In this document: positions 9,156-18,806 of the stretch, piece after piece
Position numbering within the stretch: position 1 is the stretch's first letter
Layout: each line of letters starts with the position of its first letter
From: a virus
DNA length: 64,000 bases
IMG/VR virus record: IMGVR_UViG_3300036832_001118
Coordinates: 1 to 64,000 of that record
Reading direction: 5' to 3' (one strand)
Made by a program: the position numbers and the translations under genes
The notes under the pieces: generated by a model
Told to the model about the DNA's origin: nothing
Databases searched by the model: none
What the model saw: the letters and a program-made list of their open reading frames with translations, nothing else

Positions 9156-9349
9156 TGCCTAACGACGGTGGCTTCCACCCCAACGGCTACATCCTGCAGG
9201 CGCGCACACCACGCCAGACCAACCTGTGGGGCCCGTTCAAGACCGCCGACGAGGCCGCACACTGGGCCACAACAAATATCTCATCGGGCGCAGGACAATG
9301 GGTCATCCGCCCGTTGTGGGACCCGAAAATGGCTCAGGCCGACGCCTGA
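9155..9349 (+). CDS. Hypothetical protein
   Basis: TGATG coupling; WGPFKTADEAAHWA motif. Confidence 0.55.
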   Translation: MPNDGGFHPNGYILQARTPRQTNLWGPFKTADEAAHWATTNISSGAGQWVIRPLWDPKMAQADA

Positions 9350-9536
9350 ATGCGTCGGCAGCGCAGGTTGCTGTTGGCGGTGGCGATCCTGCAGCAGCCG
9401 TGGTTCATCTGGCACGGCGCCGTGTGTCTGCCGCCGGTGCGGCCGCTCTATGCCTATGGCATCGTCTACCCCAACCAGATGACCGGGCAGACGTTCTGCT
9501 ATGCCACCATCAACTTGGGAAGGCGATCTGTAGCCC

Positions 9537-9962
9537 ATGGCAATCCCCACGGACGGCGTTGAGATTGTCCCACGGCTGTGGATTGGATCGAACAAGACTT
9601 GCGACGCGCTGCGGCAGCAAATCAACTTTGTCTGCATCAACGTCGACCAGCAATCGCATACGGTTGACCAGCGCTGCAATTTCATCCCGATTTGCGGCGC
9701 AAACGGGTTCGTTGACTATGACGCGTTGACCCGCATCGAGCGGCGGCTGTTTGCGCAATGGCCGAGTAACGGCAGCGCATTGATCCACGGTATTCAAGGG
9801 CTCACTTACTCGCCGCTGGCGATGGCCCTGTACCTACAGGCGCGTTATTCGATCAGCCTGCAGCAGGCCTACGCGTGGGTGCTGGCCAAGCAGCCGCAAG
9901 CACAGGACCTAAGCCGCCTGGCGGCGCCGGTCGCCACCAACACCGCCTGGGCGGGTGGTTAG
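9537..9962 (+). CDS. Dual-specificity phosphatase-fold protein, catalytically degenerate
   Basis: EIVPRLWIGS N-terminal motif; LIHGIQGLTYSP in place of VHCxxGxxRS; AMALYL..ISLQQAYAWV..KQP C-terminal helices. Confidence 0.75.
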   Translation: MAIPTDGVEIVPRLWIGSNKTCDALRQQINFVCINVDQQSHTVDQRCNFIPICGANGFVDYDALTRIERRLFAQWPSNGSALIHGIQGLTYSPLAMALYLQARYSISLQQAYAWVLAKQPQAQDLSRLAAPVATNTAWAGG

Positions 9963-9974
9963 GGAGAACCCAAA

Positions 9975-10223
9975 ATGAGCCTCATCACCGCGCTGGTCTA
10001 TATCATCATCACGCTGATCGTGGTCGGCGTGATCTTCTGGGCGATACAGACCCTGCTGCCATTGATCCCGCTGCCGGAGCCGTTCCGCCGGGTCATCTAC
10101 GTATTGTTAGTGGTGATTATGGTTATCATCGTTCTTTACGTCATTCTGCAACTTTTGGGTTTTGCGGGCAGCGTGCGCATCGGCCGCATCGGCCTCACCT
10201 ATATGCTGACGGTGGTGACATGA
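9975..10223 (+). CDS. Small 2-TM membrane protein
   Basis: Two very hydrophobic segments joined by IPLPEPF; GGAG RBS. Confidence 0.75.
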   Translation: MSLITALVYIIITLIVVGVIFWAIQTLLPLIPLPEPFRRVIYVLLVVIMVIIVLYVILQLLGFAGSVRIGRIGLTYMLTVVT

Positions 10224-10347
10224 CCTGCCGCCGCTGCCGCGGCATCGGCTTTCGCTATATCGGCCTCGGCCGCGTGCACTGGATCAAATGGCGCAACGTG
10301 CTGGTCTATCGACCTTGCCTGTTCTGTCAGACGCTGAGGAGATCGAC

Positions 10348-10518
10348 ATGAAGTTTTTGTTGCTCGCGGCGACGGTGCTCGCCCTGATACTCAACGCAAC
10401 TCCGGCCGCAGCCGGCAAAAGCAAGGTTCAATGCCGCGATTCCAAGACCGGCGCCTATGTGTCCGCAGCCTACGCCAAGAAATATCCCGGCCTAACCGTG
10501 TGTGAGACCAAGAAATGA
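10348..10518 (+). CDS. Small exported protein
   Basis: GAGGAG RBS; signal peptide; CRDSKTG.YVS..YAKKYP..TVCE. Confidence 0.7.
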   Translation: MKFLLLAATVLALILNATPAAAGKSKVQCRDSKTGAYVSAAYAKKYPGLTVCETKK

Positions 10519-10721
10519 CGCCAGACGACGCCAAGACCAAGTGGTGCCCGTTCACTCGGCTACAGGCGAGTGGCAATACCGTGCTCGACAATCGCGGTGG
10601 CGGTACCAGTGGCACGACGCCGCCGCTTAACTACAACTGCATCGCCGATGGCTGTATGTGCTGGCGCTGGTTTGGCGCGACAGACGGGTACTGCGGACTG
10701 GGCGGACAGACACAAAACTAA
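10515..10721 (+). CDS. Cys-rich phage protein (AKTKWCPF...CIADGCMCWRW...GYCGL)
   Basis: Recurrent phage Cys pattern; ATGA overlap. Confidence 0.7.
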   Translation: MTPDDAKTKWCPFTRLQASGNTVLDNRGGGTSGTTPPLNYNCIADGCMCWRWFGATDGYCGLGGQTQN

Positions 10722-10742
10722 TGCGAGACAAAGGAGCCTGAC

Positions 10743-11060
10743 ATGCCACGACCCGTGCGAGTAGCAACCGAGGACGGCAAAGAGTACATCGTCAATACCG
10801 CCAACATCGTCAGCGTCGAGCTGATGCCCGGCGAGCCGGGTGAGCCGGCGGTGGAGGCACAGGAGGAGGTGGCGGACGATCCCGGCGAGGAGCCGTCAGC
10901 GACTAATCCGACTGGCCGCGCGCCCAAGCTCGGCCGTCCCAAGGTCGAGGCTAAGGACGCGGTACCCGGCACGCCCGACAAAGCCGTGATCAAGCTGGTC
11001 AACGGCGACACGTTGGAAGTCGTGCAGGACGGGCGCTATCTGCAGGACCTGATGGCGTAA
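10743..11060 (+). CDS. Hypothetical protein with an acidic/Pro-rich central insert
   Basis: AAGGAG RBS; ORF ends just before the portal gene. Confidence 0.65.
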   Translation: MPRPVRVATEDGKEYIVNTANIVSVELMPGEPGEPAVEAQEEVADDPGEEPSATNPTGRAPKLGRPKVEAKDAVPGTPDKAVIKLVNGDTLEVVQDGRYLQDLMA

Positions 11061-11064
11061 TCGA

Positions 11065-12561
11065 ATGGCTGAAGTTGTTGCTGGACCTCAGTCCTGGTTC
11101 GATAGCTTCAGTAATTTTCTTGCCGGATTCGGACTGTTTGGTCGCGACAAGTCGGTCAGCCAACAATACTACCTCAATCTGCTTACTCCGCAACAGCTGG
11201 AAGCCGCCTATCGCGGCGACTGGCTGGCGCGCAAGATCGTCGAGGTGCCGGCGTTCGATTGCACTCGCGCCTGGCGCAGCTGGGTGGCGGAGCAGGATCA
11301 GATCGAGCAGCTGGAGCGCACCGAGCAGGAGTTCGGGCTGCAGCACAAACTGCTCTCGGGACTGACCAAGGCGCGGCTGTACGGCGGCGCCGCGTTGATC
11401 GTCGGCGTCGACCAGGGCGACTGGGGCGACGAACTCGACGTCGACAGGGTCGGCAAGGGCGATCTTAAGTTTGTGCATGTGGTCGATCGCTGGCACCTCG
11501 CCGCCGGCCCGCTGGTGCGCGACGTCACCAATGCCTATTTTGGTCAGCCCGCCTGGTACATGCGCGCCAACGTGCCATTGCCGCCGCAGATCGGCGGCGT
11601 TGAGCAACTTGAGGCGGCGATGAAGGGCCTGCCGCCAGGCTCGGTGATCTACATCCATCCCAGCCGCATCGTCCGCCTGATCGGTTGCGACTATCCGTCG
11701 ATGGATCACGCGCCCGATCCGTGGGGCGACAGCGTGCTGCAGATCGTCGACAACGCGGTGAAAAACGCGGGCCTGGTCGCCTCCTCGGTGTCCGCCGCGA
11801 TCGGCGAACTCAAGTTCGATATCATTAAGATCAAAGGCCTCTCGGCGATGATGGAGACCACCGAGGGCGCCAAGAAACTGGTCGACCGCTTCTCCAACGC
11901 CAACGCGGCAAAGTCGGTGGTCAATTCGGTGATGCTCGACAAAGAGGAGGAATGGGAGCGGCGCGAGCTGCGCCTCACCAACATGGACCGGGTGCTGATG
12001 AGTTACCTGACCATCGCCTGCGGTGCCGCTGATATTCCCGCCACGCGTCTGCTCGGGCGCTCGCCCGAAGGCCTGGATGCGACCGGGGATTCGGATACGA
12101 GAAATTATTACGATCGATTGGCCGCGGATCAGACCGTGCGGCTGACACCGGCGATGGCGCGGCTCGATGACATTCTCATCCGCCATACCTTCGGCAGCCG
12201 CGACCCCGACATCCATTATCACTGGGACAGCCTGTGGCAGATGGACGACAAGGAAAAGGCTGACATCAACCTCAAAATAGCGCAGGCGCACAATTTCGAT
12301 GTGCAGGCGGGTATCTTGCCGCCCGCAGTGTTGAAGAAAGCACGCGAGAACTTCCTGATCGAGAATCCATTTATGTATCCCGGCATCGAAGGGGCGATCG
12401 AGGAATTCGACGACGACAACCAATTCGGCGAGATGGTGCACGAGGCGGCGGTCGCCGGCCTGCAGCGCGAGATCGATCCGCCGATGCCCGGCGAGCCCGG
12501 CGGCCCGCCACTGCCAGCCCCACGCCCCGGAGGCGGCGGAGGCGGCAATGGCCCAGGCTGA
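11065..12561 (+). CDS. Portal protein (DUF1073 type)
   Basis: YRGDWLARKIVE.PA.D..R.WR, ARLYGGA, IHPSR, WGDSVL, AADIP.TRLLG.SP.GL.ATGDSD..NYYD. Confidence 0.9.
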   Translation: MAEVVAGPQSWFDSFSNFLAGFGLFGRDKSVSQQYYLNLLTPQQLEAAYRGDWLARKIVEVPAFDCTRAWRSWVAEQDQIEQLERTEQEFGLQHKLLSGLTKARLYGGAALIVGVDQGDWGDELDVDRVGKGDLKFVHVVDRWHLAAGPLVRDVTNAYFGQPAWYMRANVPLPPQIGGVEQLEAAMKGLPPGSVIYIHPSRIVRLIGCDYPSMDHAPDPWGDSVLQIVDNAVKNAGLVASSVSAAIGELKFDIIKIKGLSAMMETTEGAKKLVDRFSNANAAKSVVNSVMLDKEEEWERRELRLTNMDRVLMSYLTIACGAADIPATRLLGRSPEGLDATGDSDTRNYYDRLAADQTVRLTPAMARLDDILIRHTFGSRDPDIHYHWDSLWQMDDKEKADINLKIAQAHNFDVQAGILPPAVLKKARENFLIENPFMYPGIEGAIEEFDDDNQFGEMVHEAAVAGLQREIDPPMPGEPGGPPLPAPRPGGGGGGNGPG

Positions 12562-12718
12562 CCGCGAACAATACGACTATCGGCCGACCGTCGATGAACG
12601 GTTTGCCAACATCGACTTGCTGCTGAATGCCCTGCAACGGGAACACGGCGAGCCACGCTATGACATCCCGCCGCAACTCGTCACGCACCATAAGAGGAAG
12701 CTGTGGGAGCAGCCATGA
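12548..12718 (+). CDS. Small hypothetical protein (56 aa), not in the ORF track
   Basis: Open frame overlapping the portal end, ATGA-coupled to the next ORF. Confidence 0.45.
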   Translation: MAQADREQYDYRPTVDERFANIDLLLNALQREHGEPRYDIPPQLVTHHKRKLWEQP

Positions 12719-13053
12719 CGATCAATATGCTGGAAGTACGCGCGCGCAAGGAGTTGGAAAAGGGCATCAAGGAGCTTGCCACCACGCATTACGATCACAA
12801 TCTCTACGCCGCCAAAACGCGCGATGCCATCGTTAGGGATATCGCCGTCATCCGCGATGAGCTGATCGACCGCTATCACACCAGCCTGCCTGCGGTGGCG
12901 CTCTATGTCGGCGAGTACGGACGCACCCTGAAGGTCAAATTCGTGATCCCGAACCTGCTCAAGGGCCCCGGCTGCGTCGGTTGGATGAAAGAGCCGGAAG
13001 GCGGCGGCATCGCCGAGTTGCGCATTGAGAACATCAACGGCCCTCGTAATTGA
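12715..13053 (+). CDS. Hypothetical protein
   Basis: ATGA-coupled ORF. Confidence 0.6.
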   Translation: MTINMLEVRARKELEKGIKELATTHYDHNLYAAKTRDAIVRDIAVIRDELIDRYHTSLPAVALYVGEYGRTLKVKFVIPNLLKGPGCVGWMKEPEGGGIAELRIENINGPRN

Positions 13054-13909
13054 TGCGCAGTCGTCGCGCGATCCAACGGGAACCGGCAGACTGCGTGCGT
13101 CCTTCCGTGCCGAAGCTAAACTGAGGCTGCGCCAATTGCGTGCGCAAATGCGCACCGCCCTGATGGACCAGGATGTGCTCGGGCTCAACCAGGGCACGAT
13201 CATGGGTTTCCATCCCGCCGACGTGCGGCTCAATGCGTTTCACGCGTGGCTCGCTTATATGGCCGGTCATTACCTGGCCGGGTCTTGGCCAGGCCGCTTT
13301 ATCGGCCTCGCGTGGGAGTCAGGACGCCAGGCTGCTGCAAGAGAGGTCTATCGCGGTAGCGTCCCCCCGCCTCCCGACGGTAACCCACAGCACCTGGCGC
13401 AACTGGCTAAACAGGAACTCGCGGGCATCATCGCCGCGACGGTGCAACAAGTCAGCCGCGCGGCGAATAGCGTCCTGCAACTGCGGCTCAAGCCCGCGCG
13501 GGCGTGGCGCGTTCTCGCTGCCGCGTTCGACAAGGTTGCACTCAATCGCCTGATGGCGATGTGCAACGTGCTGATCATTGCGGCCTTCAATCAGGCCAAG
13601 ATCGAGACCTACCGCAATGTTGGGTTCTCCCAAGTCGGCATCATTCCGGAGACGCAAGAGGAGCCCCCCGCAAAGAAGGGGCAGTCACTCCTCACCGGTG
13701 TGCTGAAAACGGCCGGCGCATTAGCGCTCATCAAGTCGGCGCTGCCGCAACAACAGCAACTCGCTGGCGTGCAGACCGCAAACGACGAGCGCGTCTGCGA
13801 CAAGTGCGACAAGATCGCCGCCGACTCGCCCTATACGCTGGACTACGCGGCCACCCTGATCCCCGTGCATCCCAACTGCCGCTGCAGCGTCTACGCCTGG
13901 CGCGGCTAG
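13025..13909 (+). CDS. Minor head morphogenesis protein (MuF/SPP1 gp7-like)
   Basis: RDPTGT N-terminus; C-terminal TANDERVCDKC...IPVHPNCRC; lies after the portal. Start uncertain. Confidence 0.85.
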   Translation: MRTSTALVIDAQSSRDPTGTGRLRASFRAEAKLRLRQLRAQMRTALMDQDVLGLNQGTIMGFHPADVRLNAFHAWLAYMAGHYLAGSWPGRFIGLAWESGRQAAAREVYRGSVPPPPDGNPQHLAQLAKQELAGIIAATVQQVSRAANSVLQLRLKPARAWRVLAAAFDKVALNRLMAMCNVLIIAAFNQAKIETYRNVGFSQVGIIPETQEEPPAKKGQSLLTGVLKTAGALALIKSALPQQQQLAGVQTANDERVCDKCDKIAADSPYTLDYAATLIPVHPNCRCSVYAWRG

Positions 13910-13918
13910 GAACAATCC

Positions 13919-15646
13919 ATGCCCCTTACCAAGAAGGGTCGCAAGATCAAAGCGGCATTTGTCGAACAGTACGGCGAGGAAAAAGGCGAGCAGGTTTTCT
14001 ATGCCAGCAAGAATGCAGGCACGATCTCCGGTGTCGATGTTGGCTGGACGCCTGCGTCGCGTGCCGCTGCGGTCAAGACAAAGCAATCAGACTCGTCGGA
14101 AGAGACCCCCGGCTCGAAGAAGGGGCCGAATGTCAGCACCGATCCGTATCGCGCGCCGCAGCGGCGCGCGGCGCCATCGGCACCCATCGGCACAACAAAC
14201 ACAGGTCCGAGCAATGCGCCCGCCCCTCCACCGGGTCAGCATCTCGGCGTTGCAGAACTTCCGAAACGGAAAAAGAAGCCAAGCTTGAAGCGCGATCCTG
14301 AAACCTACGCGGAAGAGATCGCCGACAAGCGACGCAGGAAAATTCAAGCGCGCGACCCATTCGGGCGGGAAGCCGGAACCTATGAGGAAGAGGACAGCAT
14401 GTCTGATCTGTTTGAAACGGTCGGCGACGCTGCCTATTCACAGCACCTGTCGATGCGCGACACCATCGAGTTGGATCGCAAATACCGCGTCGATCACACG
14501 CGCGATGGGGTGCTCAAAGCGATGCCACGCATCGCTCGCACCGGCATTCAGATTTATGGCGGTGATGAGGTCGGGCGACCGGAAAAGGATCTGGTTCGTG
14601 TGTTGCGCCCCGCCGACGCGGTATTTGCGACCGACGCGGTGCATACCTACACGCATCTGCCGGTCACGCTCGATCATCCCGGCGAGTTGGTCACCACACA
14701 GAACTGGCGCAAATACGCGGTTGGCGATACCGGCGGAGAATTTGAGCGCGATCAAGACGGGAATGTCCTCTTCGCGCGTGTGCCGATGATGCTGCGCGAC
14801 GCCGCCGCGATCCAAGCATTCAAAGACGGTCAGAACCAGCTCAGCGTCGGCTACGAGTGCGACCTCGTCTGGACGCCGGGAATCACTGATGACGGCGACG
14901 AGTATGACGCCGTTCAATCAAATATTCGGGCCAATCACCTCGCCGTCGTCACCAATGCGCGCGGTGGTGAACAGTTGAAGATTGGTGACGATGGCCAAAG
15001 AGGAGACTCCGCCATGAATTTAAAGAACGTCACGGTCGACGGGATCGAGTGCCAGATGACTGACACTGCCGCCGCGCTCGTGCAGAAGACGCTTAAGACC
15101 CTCAGCGACAGCTACGACAAGCTCAGCGACGAGTTCGATGCCTTCAAGAAGAAAAAGGATAAGGACGACGAAGACTGCAAAGACTCGATGAAGAAGTCGG
15201 AGGACGCCCTCAAGGCCAAGGATGCCGAGATCGCGGTGCTCAACAAGAAGGTGGCCGATGCCGAGTGGACGCCGGAGCGGATCGAGGACGAGATCGGTAA
15301 GCGCCTGGACGTGATTGATAAGGCGCGCACGTTCCTCGGCGATAAGCTCAACACCAAGAGCAAGTCGCTCAACGACATTCGCAAGCAGGTCGTTGATGCC
15401 CACATGGGCGATGCGGCCAAGGATTGGGACCCGGTCAAGATCGAGGCCGGCTTTGCCGCCATCACCAAGGACGCCAAGCGTGCCCAGGCTCCCAGCAATC
15501 AATTTGCTGATGCGGTTCGCGCGTTCGCGCAGCCAATGCACCCGGTCAACTTAGGCGATGCCCAAGCAGTCAAAGAGGCTGCTTACAACGAGTACGTGAA
15601 AGACGCCGAGCAGGCGTGGAAGCGTCTCGGCCAGGGCGCGCAGTAA
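13919..15646 (+). CDS. DUF2213 prohead protease/scaffold with an N-terminal extension
   Basis: IARTGIQ.Y, PVTLDHP, NW..YAVG, LSVGY, NHLAVV..AR.G; C-terminal charged coiled coil. Confidence 0.88.
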   Translation: MPLTKKGRKIKAAFVEQYGEEKGEQVFYASKNAGTISGVDVGWTPASRAAAVKTKQSDSSEETPGSKKGPNVSTDPYRAPQRRAAPSAPIGTTNTGPSNAPAPPPGQHLGVAELPKRKKKPSLKRDPETYAEEIADKRRRKIQARDPFGREAGTYEEEDSMSDLFETVGDAAYSQHLSMRDTIELDRKYRVDHTRDGVLKAMPRIARTGIQIYGGDEVGRPEKDLVRVLRPADAVFATDAVHTYTHLPVTLDHPGELVTTQNWRKYAVGDTGGEFERDQDGNVLFARVPMMLRDAAAIQAFKDGQNQLSVGYECDLVWTPGITDDGDEYDAVQSNIRANHLAVVTNARGGEQLKIGDDGQRGDSAMNLKNVTVDGIECQMTDTAAALVQKTLKTLSDSYDKLSDEFDAFKKKKDKDDEDCKDSMKKSEDALKAKDAEIAVLNKKVADAEWTPERIEDEIGKRLDVIDKARTFLGDKLNTKSKSLNDIRKQVVDAHMGDAAKDWDPVKIEAGFAAITKDAKRAQAPSNQFADAVRAFAQPMHPVNLGDAQAVKEAAYNEYVKDAEQAWKRLGQGAQ

Positions 15647-15677
15647 GGGCCAAGAGAGATCTGAAGGAGTTTAAACC

Positions 15678-16535
15678 ATGACGACTGTACTCCAGACTAC
15701 CTACCGGCCGCAGATCGCGCCCTTTCTGTTGGGCCTGATCATCGACGAGAACGACGCGGAAACCATCACCAAGGTTTGCAACACGGCGGCGGGCATTCCT
15801 TTCGGCGTCGCCGTCAGCCAGGATACCGTCGACAAGAACTGCATCCTTGGCGGGTCGAAGTTCATCGGCCTGACCCAGCGCGATAAGGCGCTGGCGCTGG
15901 CAGCGGTCGATCCACTCGCGGCCATCGACACGCCCAACCCGCTCGATGCCTACGGTCAGTGGACCAACGTGTCGATCATCACGCGCGGCCGCATTGCCGT
16001 GCGCGCGGGCGCCAACGTGGCGGCGTGGGACCCGTTGTTCTACGACCTCACCACGGGGCTGCTTACGAACTTGGTCACGGGCGCTGCGGCGTCGGGCTCG
16101 ATCACGTTCTCCAGCCAGCCGCTTGATGGCCAGACGGTGACCATCCAGGGCACTGCGGTCACGTTCAAGGCGAGTGGTGCCACCGGCCTCCAGGTCAATA
16201 TCGGTCCGACCTTGGGCGACACGCTCGTTGCGCTCGCGGCGTTCCTGAACGGGTCGGCCGACGCTAACCTCGTGTTGATGAAGTATGCGGCCGATCCTCC
16301 GTCGCCGGGCGGCTCAGGACAGGGCAGTGGTGCCAACAGGTTACTGGTTGGCGTCAAAGCCGTGGGCGTGGCCGGCAATGCCTACACGCTTGCCACCAAC
16401 GTGCCGGGGGCAACTGTGTCAGGCGCCACCCTCTCGGGGGGCACAGCAGCGGCCACCGCCATCCCTAGCGGCCGTTGGTACACCAGCGCGCTCGCTGGCC
16501 AACTCGCCGTCGCTTCGCTCGGCATCCAGTACTGA
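15678..16535 (+). CDS. Capsid cement/decoration protein with an inserted beta domain
   Basis: IPFGVAV, VSIITRGRIAV, C-terminal RWYTSA.AGQLA; lies between the protease and the capsid gene. Confidence 0.75.
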   Translation: MTTVLQTTYRPQIAPFLLGLIIDENDAETITKVCNTAAGIPFGVAVSQDTVDKNCILGGSKFIGLTQRDKALALAAVDPLAAIDTPNPLDAYGQWTNVSIITRGRIAVRAGANVAAWDPLFYDLTTGLLTNLVTGAAASGSITFSSQPLDGQTVTIQGTAVTFKASGATGLQVNIGPTLGDTLVALAAFLNGSADANLVLMKYAADPPSPGGSGQGSGANRLLVGVKAVGVAGNAYTLATNVPGATVSGATLSGGTAAATAIPSGRWYTSALAGQLAVASLGIQY

Positions 16536-16564
16536 TCCTGGATTAGGTCAAGGAGAACACAACT

Positions 16565-17518
16565 ATGCCCAATAACATGTTTTCGGATGCCGGCCAGCAG
16601 CAGGCGATGGGCTTTCTGATTGCTCAGACCGCCTACATCGAGCCGCAAGTCTATCGCGTGAAGTACCCCGCATTGAACTATGCGGAGTTCGTGCCGGTCA
16701 ATTCAGCGCTCCCGGAGTATACCAAGTCGGTCACCTTCTTCTCGGTCGACATGTACGGGCGCGCCGACTGGCTCAACATGCAGTCGCGTGACGTGCCACT
16801 CGCCGACATCACCCGCGGCAAGGGTGAGGCCGCGATCGAGACGGCGGGCATCGGCTATCGCTACAATCTGGAGGAGCTTGGTCAGGCACAAATGCTGCCG
16901 GGAACCAATCTCACGACAGAGCGGGCGACGGCCGCGCGGCGCGCCGCCGAAGAGAAGATTCATAATGTTTGTATGTACGGCGATTCAGTCAAGAATTGGC
17001 TCGGTCTAACAAACCATACCGCGCCAACCGTGATCACCGCGCCGCGCACCTGGGTCGCTGATATGGCACAAACGACGCCAGCTATCAGTCAGATCCTGCA
17101 GGATGTCAATGGTGCCCTCACCAACATCTGGCAGGCGACGTTGACTGTGGAGATGGCTGATACGGTGCTGTTGCCGATCTCGGCGATGTCCTTCTTGGCG
17201 ATCACGCAGCTGCCCAACACGACAATGAACCTGCTGCAGTGGCTCAAGATGAACAATATGTATACGCAGCAGACCGGGCGGCCCATCACGATCCAGGCCG
17301 TGCGCGGGCTTGACACTGCGGGTGCCAGCGGTAACGGACGCATGATTGCCTACCGGCGCGATCCGGAAGCGCTCCAGGTGCCGATTCCGATGCCGTACCG
17401 GTTCTTCCCGGTCTGGCAGACAGGGCCGTTCGTATTCGACATTCCCGGCGCCTTTCGCATGGGCGGCCTGCAATGGCGTCTGCCCGCGACAGCCCGGTAT
17501 ATCGACGGCATCTGCTGA
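16565..17518 (+). CDS. Major capsid protein (DUF2184/encapsulin-like HK97 fold)
   Basis: FL..Q.AYIEP.VY..KYP, GY.YN.EEL..A, YGD, MIAY.RDPE, PMP, YIDGI end; AAGGAG RBS. Confidence 0.9.
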   Translation: MPNNMFSDAGQQQAMGFLIAQTAYIEPQVYRVKYPALNYAEFVPVNSALPEYTKSVTFFSVDMYGRADWLNMQSRDVPLADITRGKGEAAIETAGIGYRYNLEELGQAQMLPGTNLTTERATAARRAAEEKIHNVCMYGDSVKNWLGLTNHTAPTVITAPRTWVADMAQTTPAISQILQDVNGALTNIWQATLTVEMADTVLLPISAMSFLAITQLPNTTMNLLQWLKMNNMYTQQTGRPITIQAVRGLDTAGASGNGRMIAYRRDPEALQVPIPMPYRFFPVWQTGPFVFDIPGAFRMGGLQWRLPATARYIDGIC

Positions 17519-17548
17519 TCAACTCAGCCAACATCAACCGCTAACCGC

Positions 17549-17570
17549 ACCCGCCGCTGGCGGGTTTTTT
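17549..17570 (+). terminator. Intrinsic terminator after the capsid gene
   Basis: ACCCGCC-GCT-GGCGGGT followed by TTTTT. Confidence 0.85.
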
Positions 17571-17595
17571 GTTGCCATCAACACAAGGAGGACGC

Positions 17596-17937
17596 ATGCC
17601 AGGTCACATTGGCGTTCCGCTCGAGGATTGGCGGGAACGTGCGCGTAAGTCGTGGTCGAATGTGATTGCCTACAATAGCCACCCCGTACAGAGCCACATC
17701 ATCTTCGATAAAGACGGATATGGCCAGATGATCCGCGCTGGAGAGCGGCGCGAGATCGCAATGCTCGATGAGGACATTGTCTCGTTGCGCGAACAGCGGC
17801 GACCGGGTCGGCAAAAAACAGACGCCGAGGGCATAATGTTCACCTGCCCACAGCATCCCGTCGTGATCGAGGATGTCCCGGCGCTGCCGGCCGCCAACGC
17901 TGCTGCGGCCGAAGAGGCGCGTCAGCAGATCAAATAA
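17596..17937 (+). CDS. Hypothetical head-associated protein
   Basis: AAGGAGG RBS; position. Confidence 0.7.
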   Translation: MPGHIGVPLEDWRERARKSWSNVIAYNSHPVQSHIIFDKDGYGQMIRAGERREIAMLDEDIVSLREQRRPGRQKTDAEGIMFTCPQHPVVIEDVPALPAANAAAAEEARQQIK

Positions 17938-17943
17938 AGCCCC

Positions 17944-18384
17944 ATGGTCGCGACCTCACAGGACGTTATCGCCTTCAAAGCGCTGTTCCCGGCGTTGGCC
18001 AAATTTGGCGATGCCGATATTAGCGGTGCCTTTGGCTTGGCCGACGTGATGACGGATGCGAACGCCTGGAGCAATCCCACCACCTATCGCTACGCACGCT
18101 TCCTCTGGACTGCCAACCAGTTGGTGATCATGGCCATCCTGGGACAGACCACCCTAGGCTTGGCGTCGAGCATGAGTAGCAGCGTTGGCCTGACGCCCGC
18201 AGGTCTAGGATTTCTGCGCGACGTCAGGTTTGGCGAGCGTTCCGTGTCGTTCGAACAGTACAGGCTGTTCAATCAGACCGCTATGAACTCCGGGCCAATC
18301 GATGCGGCGCTTGGCTACACGATCTATGGCCTTGAGTACCAAGGCCTGCGCAATCGCGAGTTTCCCGCGGTGCTGGTCGTATGA
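17944..18384 (+). CDS. Head-tail adaptor (DUF4054-like)
   Basis: FKALFPA, GE.SVSF, T.YG.EY..LR motifs. Confidence 0.75.
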   Translation: MVATSQDVIAFKALFPALAKFGDADISGAFGLADVMTDANAWSNPTTYRYARFLWTANQLVIMAILGQTTLGLASSMSSSVGLTPAGLGFLRDVRFGERSVSFEQYRLFNQTAMNSGPIDAALGYTIYGLEYQGLRNREFPAVLVV

Positions 18385-18806
18385 GCACCTGGCGCGGCTT
18401 CGAAAGATTAGTTGATGCATATGACGACCTGTACTTTGGCGAGCCGATCGAATTGCACCCGATGCTATCCGAGGACGAAACCATCGGCACGCCGCAACCC
18501 GATCCCAGCCGGTCGGTGCTCTACTGCATCGGTGTTTATGTGACGCCGGGCTCACGGGCGACGGGTGAGAGTGGCACCATCGCTTCCGGGGTGGCGCGCA
18601 GCGAAGCTGGCATCCTGACGGCGGCCGAGTGGGTGAGCATCACCGAGGACCAACTCGGCGATCCCGCCAAGTGGGGACCGGCGGTTAGCAACTACGACCG
18701 CGTCTACCTGCCCGAACGCGGCACCTGGCACAACATCAACGCAATCACGCCGTCAGCAACCGGACGGTTCAATGTCAATTTGACGAGAGTGCAAGAACCG
18801 ACATGA
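18381..18806 (+). CDS. Head closure/neck protein
   Basis: Position and size; ATGA coupling. Confidence 0.6.
   Translation: MSTWRGFERLVDAYDDLYFGEPIELHPMLSEDETIGTPQPDPSRSVLYCIGVYVTPGSRATGESGTIASGVARSEAGILTAAEWVSITEDQLGDPAKWGPAVSNYDRVYLPERGTWHNINAITPSATGRFNVNLTRVQEPT

Noticed and set aside
11065-12561. Possible anti-CBASS Acb1 label sometimes attached to DUF1073 proteins
   Set aside because: Position and motifs indicate a portal protein; no HxT/HxS phosphoesterase pair was seen.
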